This document shows, in pieces, positions 1 to 10,438 of a stretch of 64,000 nt of DNA. A model generated the notes under the pieces. That model did no database searches, was not told the DNA's origin, and worked only from the letters and a program-made list of their open reading frames with translations. The DNA comes from Clostridium sp. (GTDB taxonomy: Bacteria > Bacillota > Clostridia > Clostridiales > Clostridiaceae), in assembly GCF_047777555.1 (NCBI RefSeq), contig NZ_JBKEEV010000007.1, forward strand, positions 7,877-71,876, read 5' to 3'. A program made the position numbers and the translations under genes. Numbering within the stretch: the first letter of the stretch is position 1; each line of letters opens with the position of its first letter.

Positions 1-474
1 ATGATATCCTGATGCCCAACCAATGCTCGGATTGATATTATATTTATCTTTTATATCTTTTAGTCTATTTGAAGCATTTAATATACTTTTTTCATCATTC
101 ATAATGGTTTCCTCTTCAACTACACTCTTCACTGCTTTACAGCTAACTACATCTTTGTCATGTATAGTCACTATATAGTGTTGATCTGTTTTAGGAACAG
201 CGAAATCTAAATTCCAAAATCTTCTTTTTCCGTCTACACCTTCATTCATATCTTTTAATTTTGGATCATCAACACTACTGATATAGCATACTTGAGCATT
301 TTTATTTAATTTTTTTACTGTCAATAATGATAATTTATAAGCCTCATACATATTTATTGGCTTGAAAGCTACAGCATGTACAGTTTTTGGGCTGCCAAAT
401 ATATTTTTATAGTTCATTGCTAATATAACTATTCCTAATAAGATTAATATACAAAAGGCGATCTTTTTAAACAT
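1..474 (-). CDS. Hypothetical membrane-anchored or secreted protein; the 3' end runs off the window
   Basis: Not in the ORF track. My reverse-complement translation from ATG (472-474 is cat) is open all the way to position 1: MFKKIAFCILILLGIVILAMNYKNIFGSPKTVHAVAFKPINMYEAYKLSLL... It has a hydrophobic N-terminus, and an AGGAAGTGA Shine-Dalgarno lies just upstream. Confidence 0.6.
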   Translation of the reverse strand, partial: MFKKIAFCILILLGIVILAMNYKNIFGSPKTVHAVAFKPINMYEAYKLSLLTVKKLNKNAQVCYISSVDDPKLKDMNEGVDGKRRFWNLDFAVPKTDQHYIVTIHDKDVVSCKAVKSVVEEETIMNDEKSILNASNRLKDIKDKYNINPSIGWASGYH

Positions 475-638
475 CAAATCACTTCCTCATACATTAATTA
501 TCGCAATTTATGTAACATTATATACTAATTTTACATTTATTTTCTACTTATGTAAATATATTTTATTATTACCATCTAATTTTTTATGCTATATAACAAA
601 AATAAGCCCACACTAAAAACACAGGCTTATTTCTATAT

Positions 639-1034
639 TTACTCTGATTTATGAATAAAATTAATTACTTTTGTACTTTCTGGACTAGTTTCTATAGTTA
701 TCGTATCCGTGCCTAGAGGTGGATTATGTGCTCCAGTAAAAGTATTTATCTGTATTATAACCCTATAAGTAAATGCTTCACTTGGCTTATCAATACTAAG
801 TATTTTAGCATCAAACAAATCAAACTGTTTATTAGTACCATAATAGTCATAAACTGCTTTAGTAATAAACGGATATGCAAATGACAATAAAGCTTCATTA
901 CAATAATTAGCAGCTACTTTCTCTAACTGAATTTCCTTTTTTTCGCTAAAGGCTTTTGTTTTTCCACTGCAACAAAGTGCACACATAGTAATAGTGATCA
1001 TAAAAACTACTACAGTATATACTATTTTTTTCAT
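639..1034 (-). CDS. Small secreted or lipoprotein-like protein (DUF3888-like, recalled from memory)
   Basis: 131-aa ORF with a signal-peptide-like N-terminus (MKKIVYTVVVFMITITMCALCCSGK). A GGAGGTG RBS lies upstream. The TFTGAHNPPLGTDTIT motif resembles DUF3888. A hairpin at ~603-631 follows the stop. Confidence 0.6.
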   Translation of the reverse strand: MKKIVYTVVVFMITITMCALCCSGKTKAFSEKKEIQLEKVAANYCNEALLSFAYPFITKAVYDYYGTNKQFDLFDAKILSIDKPSEAFTYRVIIQINTFTGAHNPPLGTDTITIETSPESTKVINFIHKSE

Positions 1035-1306
1035 TATAACTGCAACACCTCCTTTTACTTATAGTTATTATGTTATTATTTCACTGTAATATTCACATTA
1101 CTTTTAAATTTGAAAGGAGATTACTTTGTAGTACAACTTAATATTAAATTAAAAATGTATGCCTTATATTTTTTGCTTTTAAAGTTATATGTAGTATATA
1201 ATAGATATATCTGTATACTTTGTTTTACATTGTAAACCCTACTTATTTTCACATAATTATAAAGTGCTTGCTTTTTGCGTTTGAAATTTAATACTAAAAT
1301 CATCAA

Positions 1307-1919
1307 ATTTGACTTATCTCTGAAACTGACTAACTTGACGTCCTTAGTCCCGCTTTCATTATAAAAGCCTCATTACTACTGCGAATCCATCTGTACCTAT
1401 GCTAAATTCATGCCATCCTTTGCCGTTCATCATCTAGGCAGTAAACAGATTTCCTCTAGACTTGTCTCGAAAGCCACATAAAGTTTTGGTTTTGACTGCA
1501 CTTATGAGTCTTAACGAAGCTTCAACAGTTCTTCATTTTCGTTCAGCTTTACAATACATACCTTACTGTTTTATACCGCCTTTTCCTAATTGTGCTCAGT
1601 ACCACAACTTTTAATTATAGTACTCAATTGTGTTTTGTGGTCTGTACCTACATATCGACCACGGTAGGCCAACTATCATCTCTTAAAAAGCATTGTCTCA
1701 CTAAATACTTCTAGCATTCAGGGAACACTATGTGCTAAACTACTATTGTCTATTATTAACATACCTTCATTGTTGGTAACAATCGTTAAACTCACCACCA
1801 TTTTACATTAGAAGTATCTTTTTTCTATTCAACGTTAAAAGCCATTTAGGACCACAGGAAGAACCAGCAGTATTTATTAACCCAAAGATCAATAGCTTAA
1901 TAAATAGTGCTATCGACCT
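1307..1919 (-). ncRNA. Candidate large structured non-coding RNA (or decayed sequence) downstream of topB; class not recognised
   Basis: There is no ORF of 60 aa or more in any frame. By hand count, two 60-nt blocks give about 38% and 45% G+C, visibly above the flanks. The minus strand is purine/G-rich. Local hairpins: 1328-1349 and 1769-1783. Interleaved pseudoknot-type pairing: gtggtc 1637-1642 with gaccac 1657-1662, and cctac 1647-1651 with gtagg 1664-1668. Confidence 0.3.
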
Positions 1920-4088
1920 TTATATCGTGTTAATAAATTCCATTTTCCATCTATAATATCCAGTTTCTATATTTATTTCATATCTTAAATATGCTGAAAA
2001 AGAAGTTCCTTTCTTACTTTTTAGATTTCTAAAACCAACTTTTCCATTTTTTAATAATAACTCTACCATATCTTTACTTACAGTTTTACCTAAAGATTTA
2101 ATAAATTTATCATTTTTCCAAATAGTGTAGTCACATCCATTCTTCCAGTTAATACATCCGAACCCCTTATCGCTTTCAATTATGTCATTACCACACACAG
2201 GGCACTTACCAACACTCTGTACACCTTCTGGAATCTCCACCTTAAAGTGTTTAAGCATAGAGTTGTCTTTCTTAATATCATCAATTGCCTTAACTGTAAA
2301 TTCCTTAATCATATTTAAAAAATCATTTTTTCTAAATTTACCTTTTTCAATATCATATAATGTTTTTTCCAGTCTACCTGTATATTCTAAATCCAATAAT
2401 TCCTTAACTGGAAATATTTCTATCAAAGTCCTCCCCAGTTCTGTGCAAGTGAGACTTTTTCCTTTAGTCTTTATGTACCCAACATCTTTTAACTTTTTAA
2501 TAGTTTCAGCTCTTGTTGCTGGTGTCCCAATACTAAATCCACTTAATATTGATGACATCATTTCTTCTGTATCATCTTCATCTTCTTTATACCCCTTACC
2601 ACAAGTCTCCATAACTCTTAGAAGAGTTTTCTCTGTATGTAACTTAGGAGGTTTCAGAGTAACAGTATTAACTTTAGAATCAACAATATCAATAATTTCT
2701 TTTTCAACTACAGCAGGTAATATATTATCTTTACTTTCTATATTTTCAATTACACGCCATCCTTCAACTATTTGAACCTTTCCCTTAGAAATGAATACTC
2801 CATTTATATTTTCATCATATACTTTGGCAGTGATCTTAGTTTCTTCAAATTCTGCTATAGGCATAAATTGCATTAAAAATCTATTTTTTATAGCCTCATA
2901 GACTATACTTTCATCACCAGTTAATTTCGATGGTTTTATGTAAGTAGGTACTATAGCACTATGACTCTCTACCTTAGAATTATCAAATATTCTCTTACTT
3001 TCAATAAATTTAATTTCATTTTCATAAGGTAATCCTTTTTTTAATATATCTAATACTTTTTTTGTTCTATCCTTTAGGCTTTCCTCCAGTGCTATACTTC
3101 CTGTTCTTGGATATGTTATAAATTTCTTTTCATATAAAGACTGAGCTACTTTTAAAACTTTATCAGATGTCCATCCCTTATGCTTACTTGTTATATATCC
3201 TTGTAAATTAGATAAATTGAATAAATATGGTGCATAATCCTTTTTTCTTTCAACCTGTTTTTCTATGACTTCAGCATTTTTAGTTTTTATAATTTCTGAA
3301 TAACTTTTTAATTTCACCTCATCATCGAACTTTTCAGAGTTTTTCTCATAATAAGTTGATTCAAATTCAATGTTATCTTTTGTCTTGAAATTTACAATTA
3401 ATTTATAATATTTAGTAGCCTTGAAGTCCTCATTTTCTTTATCTCTGTCATATATTATTTTTAAAGTTGGTAACAAAACTCTACCTACGTTTAATATTTT
3501 CTTATTATTGGGACTATATCTTAATGTTGACACTGATGTTAAATTTATTCCTATTATCCAATCAGCCCATTGTCTACCTATACCTGCATCCGTAAGATGC
3601 TGCATCTCTTCATTTTGCTTAATAGATTTTAATCCATTTAAAACTTCATTTGGAGTCCATTCATTAAGTAATAGCCTATATACGGGCTTATTTGTACCTA
3701 TATACTTAACTAATATATCCCCAATAATTTGCCCCTCTCTATCAAAATCGCAGGCTGAAATTATACTATCTACATCTTCCCTGTTCGCTAGTGTACTTAT
3801 AATCGAAATCTGCTTTTCTGCCCCTTTATCATTTTTATTCTTATTAACAGGGTCACATTTAATTTTATATTTAAACTGCTTTGGTATAAAAGGAAATTTG
3901 CTCAATTGCCACCTTGCCATTTCTATATCATAATCTTTAGCATCATATAGCTGCAGCAAATGTCCAAAGGCCCAGGTAACAATAAAGTCGTTTCCTTCGT
4001 AGTATCCATCTTTTCTTATCTTTATCTTTAGAGCATCTGATATATTTTTTGCAACTGATGGTTTTTCTGCAATAATTACCTTAGCCAT
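1920..4088 (-). CDS. topB: DNA topoisomerase III (type IA)
   Basis: 722 aa. Toprim acidic motif CDFDREGQ, active-site region FITYPRTGS, and a C-terminal zinc-ribbon (CPVCGN...GCINWKNGCDYTIW). RBS AAGGTGGTGGA. Confidence 0.9.
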   Translation of the reverse strand: MAKVIIAEKPSVAKNISDALKIKIRKDGYYEGNDFIVTWAFGHLLQLYDAKDYDIEMARWQLSKFPFIPKQFKYKIKCDPVNKNKNDKGAEKQISIISTLANREDVDSIISACDFDREGQIIGDILVKYIGTNKPVYRLLLNEWTPNEVLNGLKSIKQNEEMQHLTDAGIGRQWADWIIGINLTSVSTLRYSPNNKKILNVGRVLLPTLKIIYDRDKENEDFKATKYYKLIVNFKTKDNIEFESTYYEKNSEKFDDEVKLKSYSEIIKTKNAEVIEKQVERKKDYAPYLFNLSNLQGYITSKHKGWTSDKVLKVAQSLYEKKFITYPRTGSIALEESLKDRTKKVLDILKKGLPYENEIKFIESKRIFDNSKVESHSAIVPTYIKPSKLTGDESIVYEAIKNRFLMQFMPIAEFEETKITAKVYDENINGVFISKGKVQIVEGWRVIENIESKDNILPAVVEKEIIDIVDSKVNTVTLKPPKLHTEKTLLRVMETCGKGYKEDEDDTEEMMSSILSGFSIGTPATRAETIKKLKDVGYIKTKGKSLTCTELGRTLIEIFPVKELLDLEYTGRLEKTLYDIEKGKFRKNDFLNMIKEFTVKAIDDIKKDNSMLKHFKVEIPEGVQSVGKCPVCGNDIIESDKGFGCINWKNGCDYTIWKNDKFIKSLGKTVSKDMVELLLKNGKVGFRNLKSKKGTSFSAYLRYEINIETGYYRWKMEFINTI

Positions 4089-4100
4089 ACTTCCACCACC

Positions 4101-4661
4101 TTACTTTTGCTTTTTATCCTTGGTAGGTAATATTTCAACATTTGTTATATTACTATCCTTCATTATATTTTTCAAGTTTTTAATTATTTTATCTTTTTCA
4201 TCTATAATACTCTGTATTTTTTCTTTATCCTCTGTTAGCCTTAATATTTCTTTTTTATAATTTTCAACTTCAACTCTCAGTACATTAACATAGATAATAT
4301 TATCAAGAACCTTATCATACTGTCCTTTTATTTCTTTTAACTCCATATGTAATTGCTCAACTTTTCTTTCAGTAAAATAATCATCTTCATCCTGAATGCA
4401 TTTTTCAATATACTGCTCTAATAACTTGTCATTATAAACAGTTTTTCTAGTAAAACTCGTATTTTTTGAATTAGCAATATAAGATTTACTTAATTTTAGC
4501 TTCTTTATTTCTACTATTAGTTTCTGAATTTCAGCATGAGAATTCATCACAAGATTTTCTATTTCAAATAACCTCTTCTGAGTCTTAGCGTCTAGTTTTT
4601 CGTATGATGGATAATTTATTGCGCTAAGCTTATCATTGATAATTTGCTCTATTCCATCCAT
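4101..4661 (-). CDS. Coiled-coil protein in the TnpC position of a Tn554-type module
   Basis: 186 aa, highly charged with heptad-like sequence. Its start overlaps the stop of the upstream recombinase by 13 nt, as tnpB-tnpC do in Tn554-type elements. No recognisable catalytic motif. Confidence 0.55.
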   Translation of the reverse strand: MDGIEQIINDKLSAINYPSYEKLDAKTQKRLFEIENLVMNSHAEIQKLIVEIKKLKLSKSYIANSKNTSFTRKTVYNDKLLEQYIEKCIQDEDDYFTERKVEQLHMELKEIKGQYDKVLDNIIYVNVLRVEVENYKKEILRLTEDKEKIQSIIDEKDKIIKNLKNIMKDSNITNVEILPTKDKKQK

Positions 4662-6688
4662 GGCCCTATTTCCTTTCTTATATTGTCTAAATTTAATAAT
4701 ACTTCACCTATTTGAGGATATTTGTGTAAAATTGGATTTTGTCCAATTTTATTAATATCTTTATTCAGAAGCACAATTTGCTCCATTAAATTATTTCTCA
4801 CAAATATCTTTAATGCTTTCTCTTCTCTCTCGAATTCTAACATATAACTTTCATCTTCTTCAGCAATTTTTCTATTATGATTTACAATTGAAACTTTTTG
4901 ATGGAATCTTTCATATGAAAAATGAATGTATCTATAAGTAGGCAATGTATTTTCTAAAAAGTAGCTATCTGAAATGGAACTAAAATACTTCCTTCTTTCA
5001 CATAATCCACTTATAGTGGATCTAATACATATTCCCAGTTCATTTTCTACAATAGACGAATCTGTCTTATCTAGTAATTTAATGATTTTCCCTAGATCAT
5101 CTCTTATATTTAGCTTGCTACTTTTTAAAAAGTCATTGATCTTTTCTATATTGATTTTAAATTCCTCATTTTTCATTTCATTTTGAAGAAATTTGTTATT
5201 TATTAAATCAGGATTTGTTTCTATTAAACCTTCTACATTAGCAATACTTGACAATATATTTGTACCTTCTTCTAAAGAATCTATAAAGTCTTCACTTTTA
5301 TTATAGTAAGCACTCATATCTTCACTAAGATGATTTAAATGTTTAACTATAAAATCTAAATGAACACCTTGCATAAATAATTTAGTGCACACGGTAACCC
5401 TGAACATATGTGGATTTACATAATAAAATCTTTTATTCTTCACTTCTTCGAAGGAGAGATGATTTCTCTTTTCCAGTGAGAAATACTTTTCATACTTTGA
5501 TTTACTTTGAATCTTCAGTATTTTAAGATTTTCTTTTTGATTGTAAGGCATTGTTTCTATACTAAAATCATTTTCATGTCTAATAAAAAAACGCTCTAAA
5601 TTTTCTCTTAAAGGTACAATCCCCTTTTTTTGTAAGCCAGTTTTAGCACTAGTAAATAAATATCTTGTACTCTCTAGTTCTAGTTCCTTTAGCCTATCAT
5701 CATCTATCTCTGATATCATTTTCCTGAGCTCTTCCAAAGTTATAGGTCTCTTTAAGTCTTTCTTTGTGTGTAGAGTTATTAGTAGCCTTAACTTTGTCTT
5801 TTCAGAAAGATTTTCAATTATATTCTTAACTAAATTTTCACAGGTTCTGTAAGCCTTTAATGCTTTATCACTTAATGCAGTATAAGTTTCTCGAGTTCCT
5901 GATTTAAAAGTTAAAAATTTCAAATAACACAACTCTGTACCATTTACTACTATAGTATCAAGCTTATTTGTTTCTAATAAGCTCACTTCTTCTGCCCTCA
6001 TTCCTGTCTCAGCTAATAAGATCATTAGGCAAGCCATTATCCTATCATCCAGCTTCAATTTTTCATTATCTACGTCTTTAATTGCTAATGAGACTACTTC
6101 ATTTAAAAATTGATCTGGGATGTATTGATTTGCTGATTTGCTTGATCTTTTTTTAGTGCATGAACTAATTACTTTGTTTAGATAATTAACTATGTTTTCT
6201 AAATTATATCCATTAATATCTATAATAGAGTTTATCAATTTTTTAATTGAAATCGCTAATCCTCCTACATGATAGTTACCGCAATTTTTAAGCTTTTTTT
6301 CTATATATAACTCAATGATAGCTTTATCAATTAATCTAACATCTTTAATATTATATTTATATAAATCTTTTGTTAATCTTTGCAAATGTTCTTTTAGTTT
6401 ACTTGTACTTGTATAGCTATTTTTCTTTTTATTTAGCTCTTCAAATATAACAACTTTTATATAAAATATAAATGGCTCAGGTATAAAATTAAAGTCAAAC
6501 TTATATTTATATCTTTGACGATTATTAACATTCATTTCACTAAAATCCCATACCATATCACTAAACCATGTATTATTATTAATTTTGAAATTTATCCATT
6601 TTTTCTTTGCTTTATATACTTTCTTTGAATAATTATATTGAACAATAGAATTGTTATTAAAGTTATAATTTATTGCCTCTCTACTCAT
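4649..6688 (-). CDS. Large tyrosine recombinase (TnpB-like)
   Basis: 679 aa. Catalytic Arg region LLAETGMRAEEVSLL, the HxxR box PHMFRVT, and C-terminal HLNHLSEDMSAYY carrying the nucleophile Tyr. Confidence 0.8.
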   Translation of the reverse strand: MSREAINYNFNNNSIVQYNYSKKVYKAKKKWINFKINNNTWFSDMVWDFSEMNVNNRQRYKYKFDFNFIPEPFIFYIKVVIFEELNKKKNSYTSTSKLKEHLQRLTKDLYKYNIKDVRLIDKAIIELYIEKKLKNCGNYHVGGLAISIKKLINSIIDINGYNLENIVNYLNKVISSCTKKRSSKSANQYIPDQFLNEVVSLAIKDVDNEKLKLDDRIMACLMILLAETGMRAEEVSLLETNKLDTIVVNGTELCYLKFLTFKSGTRETYTALSDKALKAYRTCENLVKNIIENLSEKTKLRLLITLHTKKDLKRPITLEELRKMISEIDDDRLKELELESTRYLFTSAKTGLQKKGIVPLRENLERFFIRHENDFSIETMPYNQKENLKILKIQSKSKYEKYFSLEKRNHLSFEEVKNKRFYYVNPHMFRVTVCTKLFMQGVHLDFIVKHLNHLSEDMSAYYNKSEDFIDSLEEGTNILSSIANVEGLIETNPDLINNKFLQNEMKNEEFKINIEKINDFLKSSKLNIRDDLGKIIKLLDKTDSSIVENELGICIRSTISGLCERRKYFSSISDSYFLENTLPTYRYIHFSYERFHQKVSIVNHNRKIAEEDESYMLEFEREEKALKIFVRNNLMEQIVLLNKDINKIGQNPILHKYPQIGEVLLNLDNIRKEIGPWME

Positions 6689-6695
6689 AGAAATA

Positions 6696-8443
6696 CTATC
6701 CTTTCAGTTTCTGCATTTTATACATTTCAGCCAGAAACTTACCTAGCAATTTTTTTTGAATACTTAACTCTTTAATTTCTATTGGATTAAAAGATTTTTC
6801 AATAATTTTATTATATTCCAATATTTGTTGCTCAAAGTACGGGATTCTATTGATAAAAGTTACAAAAGACCTACACATTAAACACTCAGCAACATCAAAA
6901 GTACAGTGACCATTTTTGCATTTTCCTAAGTTTTTCTTTACAACTTTATATTTATTCTCCTTCTCAACCTCTAATATATTTCCGTATATATCCACATCAG
7001 AAATAGTCACTTTAGCCATAGCTTCAACATATAATTCTATCTCACTGTATTTTCTATAATACATGTTAGCAGTCTTATAACTATTTCCTGTAATACTAGT
7101 AATTTTGTTTATTGATAAATTATTTTGTACACCCATTTTATATACTGAATTAATAAAAAGTATGTCGAATATTATAAGGAAAATAATCTTTTATCTCGAG
7201 CTTCTCCTCTGACAGCTTTCAATATTGCCTTAAAATACCTATAGAAATTAATTCTTTTAACTTTAGTAACATGTTTTGCTCTATAAGGCTCAACGAATAT
7301 ATATTGTGCCATTATATCATTTCCTGAAATATAGGGTTCAGTTAAATTAATTGCTTCATCTATTAAAGCTGCTACATTTTCTGATATATTCTGCATTACA
7401 AATTCTTTATTACTTGTTTTTGATAAATATTTTAATTTTACATGTTCTTTTTCTTTATTTAAACAATCTCTTCTTAAATTATATATTTCGCCAATACGCA
7501 AATTTGTTAACATAAATATTTCATAAAGAATAGTATATAATCTTCCATTTTGAACTATCGATTCTTGTTTTTCAAACTGCTTATAAATAATACTTGCATC
7601 TTTTTCACTAATTGGTGTACCACCATCAAATTTTCCAAGTCCCTTTAAATTTAAAATATCTAAATCATTCTCTGTAACATTATACTTATCTTTGAAACAT
7701 TTCATGTATTTTCTAACTATTTTAAGTATTCCCTTTAGATGTCCATTTGACTTTACTGTATTCTCTATTGTACTTCTAAAATCCCATAAAAAATCTTCAG
7801 AAAATTCCTTGTATGAATTATTTAAATCCAATGCTATATTTACATACAGTTGATCATGGTTAACCTTGAAGTTTAAAAATTCAATTAGTTTATACATGTA
7901 GGTATTTGTAGTTCTTATATCTCCATCAATTTTCCATATAAAGTTTTTTACATCATTCTTATACTTTTGCGGCACATTTTCAAGATTTATAGCAGCAATC
8001 CTATAATTATTTCCACTTGAATTTAATAGTGTTTGAATAGAAGGAAGTACACAATACTTATCAGATTCAGGTGGCAATTCTAATCTATTATGATAAACAA
8101 AACAAAATCCTTTCTCATAATATTTATAAAAACTTTTTGAATAGATTACCTGCTTAAAACTTTTGCAAAATACATTATTATAATCTAGTTCTTCTAGCCT
8201 ATTAATAAAGTATCTATAGAATGCTACAAGATTTTGCTGTAACTTTTTAACATTAATTATAAGTTTTTTCTTTCTGTAATCATTATCCATCTTCTGATAA
8301 AACTTATACTGCAAATTAAAAGTTTGCTCATCAATATCTTCATATCTCTCTAGACGCTTTTCCCCTAAGCTTTCTACAAAATAATAAATAAAAATTCTCA
8401 TTTCCTTTGACTGTAAGCGTTCAGATTTATTATAGGATAGCAA
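6696..8443 (-). pseudogene. Tyrosine recombinase disrupted by two frameshifts (ORFs 7172-8443 and 6696-7136)
   Basis: The 423-aa ORF has the Arg-I region (LTNLRIGEIYNL) but ends before box II. The next frame reads LSEEKLEIKDYFPYNIRHTFY*. The third frame continues INSVYKMGVQNNLSINKITSITGNSYKTANMYYRKY (the 146-aa ORF, which has no RBS). Read together the three pieces give a normal recombinase C-terminus. Confidence 0.7.
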
Positions 8444-8471
8444 GAAGTTAGTAAGTATATTTCTTATAAAT

Positions 8472-9134
8472 TTACAACCTGTTTCTTATATTAAAATTTG
8501 CGTTCAAAATAGAATCCTTATTCTTTGTTGAATAATATTCTACTTGAATTACTTCGTTATAGTTGGATTCTAGTGGAAAGTTGCTTAAAATATTTCTTTC
8601 TAAATTTAAATATTCATTATCTGTTTCAATAGTTAAACTTTCATAATTTGAGTAGTTTAATAGCAAATGCTTATATTCATTTACTTCTTTAATATTTTTC
8701 ATAGACTTATATCTTACATTATTGCAAAGTAATAAATAAAATTTATTAAGAATATCATAAAAGTCTAAATGCCCTACCATAAGCTTCTTTTTTTCATAAT
8801 ACTTAAATAATCGTTTTATAGATACACCTATTTCTTTCCTTTTATAATATCTTATTGCTTCACTTAATTTATCGTTAAAATTGCTATTATGTAATTCACA
8901 AATTACGTTCCAGTTAAGATCACTTATCTTATAGTTTTTCATATAATTAATTATATAAAACCATCCTACAATCCTTTTATACATTTGCATGCTATATAAA
9001 AATGTATTACCTTTATAAAAGTCATCATATAGAAATCTTGATAACTCTTTCTTCATATCTATATATTCTACTGTAGAATTGATACATTGTTGCAAATCAC
9101 TCATATACTTTTTTAAAGTATCTTTATCAATCAT
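8472..9134 (-). CDS. Hypothetical protein carried by the element
   Basis: 220-aa ORF with an AGGAGA RBS. No recognisable motif. Lies between two recombinase genes. Confidence 0.5.
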   Translation of the reverse strand: MIDKDTLKKYMSDLQQCINSTVEYIDMKKELSRFLYDDFYKGNTFLYSMQMYKRIVGWFYIINYMKNYKISDLNWNVICELHNSNFNDKLSEAIRYYKRKEIGVSIKRLFKYYEKKKLMVGHLDFYDILNKFYLLLCNNVRYKSMKNIKEVNEYKHLLLNYSNYESLTIETDNEYLNLERNILSNFPLESNYNEVIQVEYYSTKNKDSILNANFNIRNRL

Positions 9135-9191
9135 TTCTATTATCTCCTAGTGTTACCTTTTATTTTATCAAGTATCTCCTTTTGTATTTTT

Positions 9192-10265
9192 TCAGTTTTC
9201 CTTTAATTGATCCTCAGGTTTAGGATTATAATACTTCAATGTAGACTGTATACTTTTATGTCTCATTTCTTTTTGAACATAAGAGATATCTTTATTTAAT
9301 TCATCAATCAAATACATAGCATATCCATGTCTAAATCTATGATTTAAATTATCCTCCTTACTATTCTTATCTATCGAAATACCTATCTTAATAAAAATCT
9401 CTTTGAGAAAATTATTCCATCCTGAAGGTGATAATGGACTTCCATTCTTGTTTAAAAATAGGTAGTAATTTCTTCTTGTATTTTCTCCTACACAGTCTGC
9501 CTTCGCATATTTCATGATATTTTCCAATTTTCTTTCCGTTTGATTTAGAATATCTCTAGATATTTCTTGATATTTTCTGACTTCATCCATTAATTTTATT
9601 GGCAAAGCCACAACCTGATACCCACCTTCTCTTTCACTATTATAGATTTTTGTCTTATACATTTCTGAAGAAAAAACCTTCATGCACCCTTTTGCATGTT
9701 GATATTTCTTATCACTTACTCTATTTCTCAAGTAAAGTTGACCTGCTCTCTTATCATCGGGATGAGGAATAATGTCCTCTAATGTAATTCCTAATACTTC
9801 ACCAATCCTCAATCCTCTTAAAAACATTAGATCTATAATCAATTTATTCCTTAATTTAAACTCTGATCTGACATTTTCATCAATGTATTCCAAAACTCTA
9901 GTATATTCTTTAACTGAAATATACTTAGGAACATATTGATTAAAACCCTTATGCCTTGATTTATTTGTTGTATATTTGCTTGTCACAATTACTTTATTTG
10001 CACTATAGCTAATTTTATCAGTGACAAATTGTACCTTATCAAAAAATTCATTTTTATTAAATCTAGAAAACATTATATACTTTCTGATGTCATCAAAGTA
10101 TGTATTATGAGTTGTTATTGTCCTATTAGTCTTAAATATATACCTTTCAATATTTCCTTCTATATTATGGCCTAAAATAAAATGTGATAAATTAATAATA
10201 TCTGTCTTGTCAAGTTCCTGTATTTCCCTTCCAATAATTTCACTAAAAGAATATAATAACTTCAA
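9192..10265 (-). CDS. Tyrosine recombinase (TnpA-like); the true N-terminus probably extends upstream
   Basis: Motifs: LRGLRIGEVLGI (Arg I), HRFRHGYAMY (HxxR) and MRHKSIQSTLKYY (His/Tyr). The same frame stays open upstream to ~10517 and encodes a core-binding-like segment (FLLNSKGEVIEEVFNYLNYY...REQAASALKLLYSF) with no ATG, GTG or TTG. Confidence 0.8.
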   Translation of the reverse strand: MKLLYSFSEIIGREIQELDKTDIINLSHFILGHNIEGNIERYIFKTNRTITTHNTYFDDIRKYIMFSRFNKNEFFDKVQFVTDKISYSANKVIVTSKYTTNKSRHKGFNQYVPKYISVKEYTRVLEYIDENVRSEFKLRNKLIIDLMFLRGLRIGEVLGITLEDIIPHPDDKRAGQLYLRNRVSDKKYQHAKGCMKVFSSEMYKTKIYNSEREGGYQVVALPIKLMDEVRKYQEISRDILNQTERKLENIMKYAKADCVGENTRRNYYLFLNKNGSPLSPSGWNNFLKEIFIKIGISIDKNSKEDNLNHRFRHGYAMYLIDELNKDISYVQKEMRHKSIQSTLKYYNPKPEDQLKEN

Positions 10266-10438
10266 TGCACTTGCTGCTTGTTCTCTACCTGAAAGAACTA
10301 CGCTTGCACAATAATAATTTAAGTAATTAAATACTTCTTCGATTACTTCTCCTTTTGAATTAAGTAGAAATACATAATGGAAATTCTCATACTTCTTACT
10401 AACTCTTACAATGCTTACTTTTCTTACAAGTTCATCAT

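Noticed and set aside
1121-1306. 61-aa ORF (MMILVLNFKRKK...) crossing the proposed left junction of the element
   Set aside because: It is Lys/Tyr/Asn-rich AT-driven sequence with no RBS. The first 'M' is a TTG, and it spans a probable recombination junction.
1307-1919. Group II intron, tmRNA, RNase P or T-box identity for the ORF-free segment
   Set aside because: I found no GUGYG 5' end, no domain V-like AGC...GNRA hairpin, no tRNA-like 3' end (GGTTCGAxxCC) and no T-box or RNase P signature. The segment is left as an unclassified candidate RNA.
2182-3933. Plus-strand ORFs 2182-2775 and 3421-3933 inside topB
   Set aside because: They are antisense shadow ORFs with low-complexity Ser/Leu/Ile-rich translations and no RBS. 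The minus-strand gene has clear topoisomerase motifs.
8444-8490. Possible fusion of the 220-aa ORF with the downstream disrupted recombinase
   Set aside because: The 220-aa ORF has its own RBS and stop. The combined length (~790 aa) would exceed that of the paralog, and I could not see any similarity that would support a fusion.
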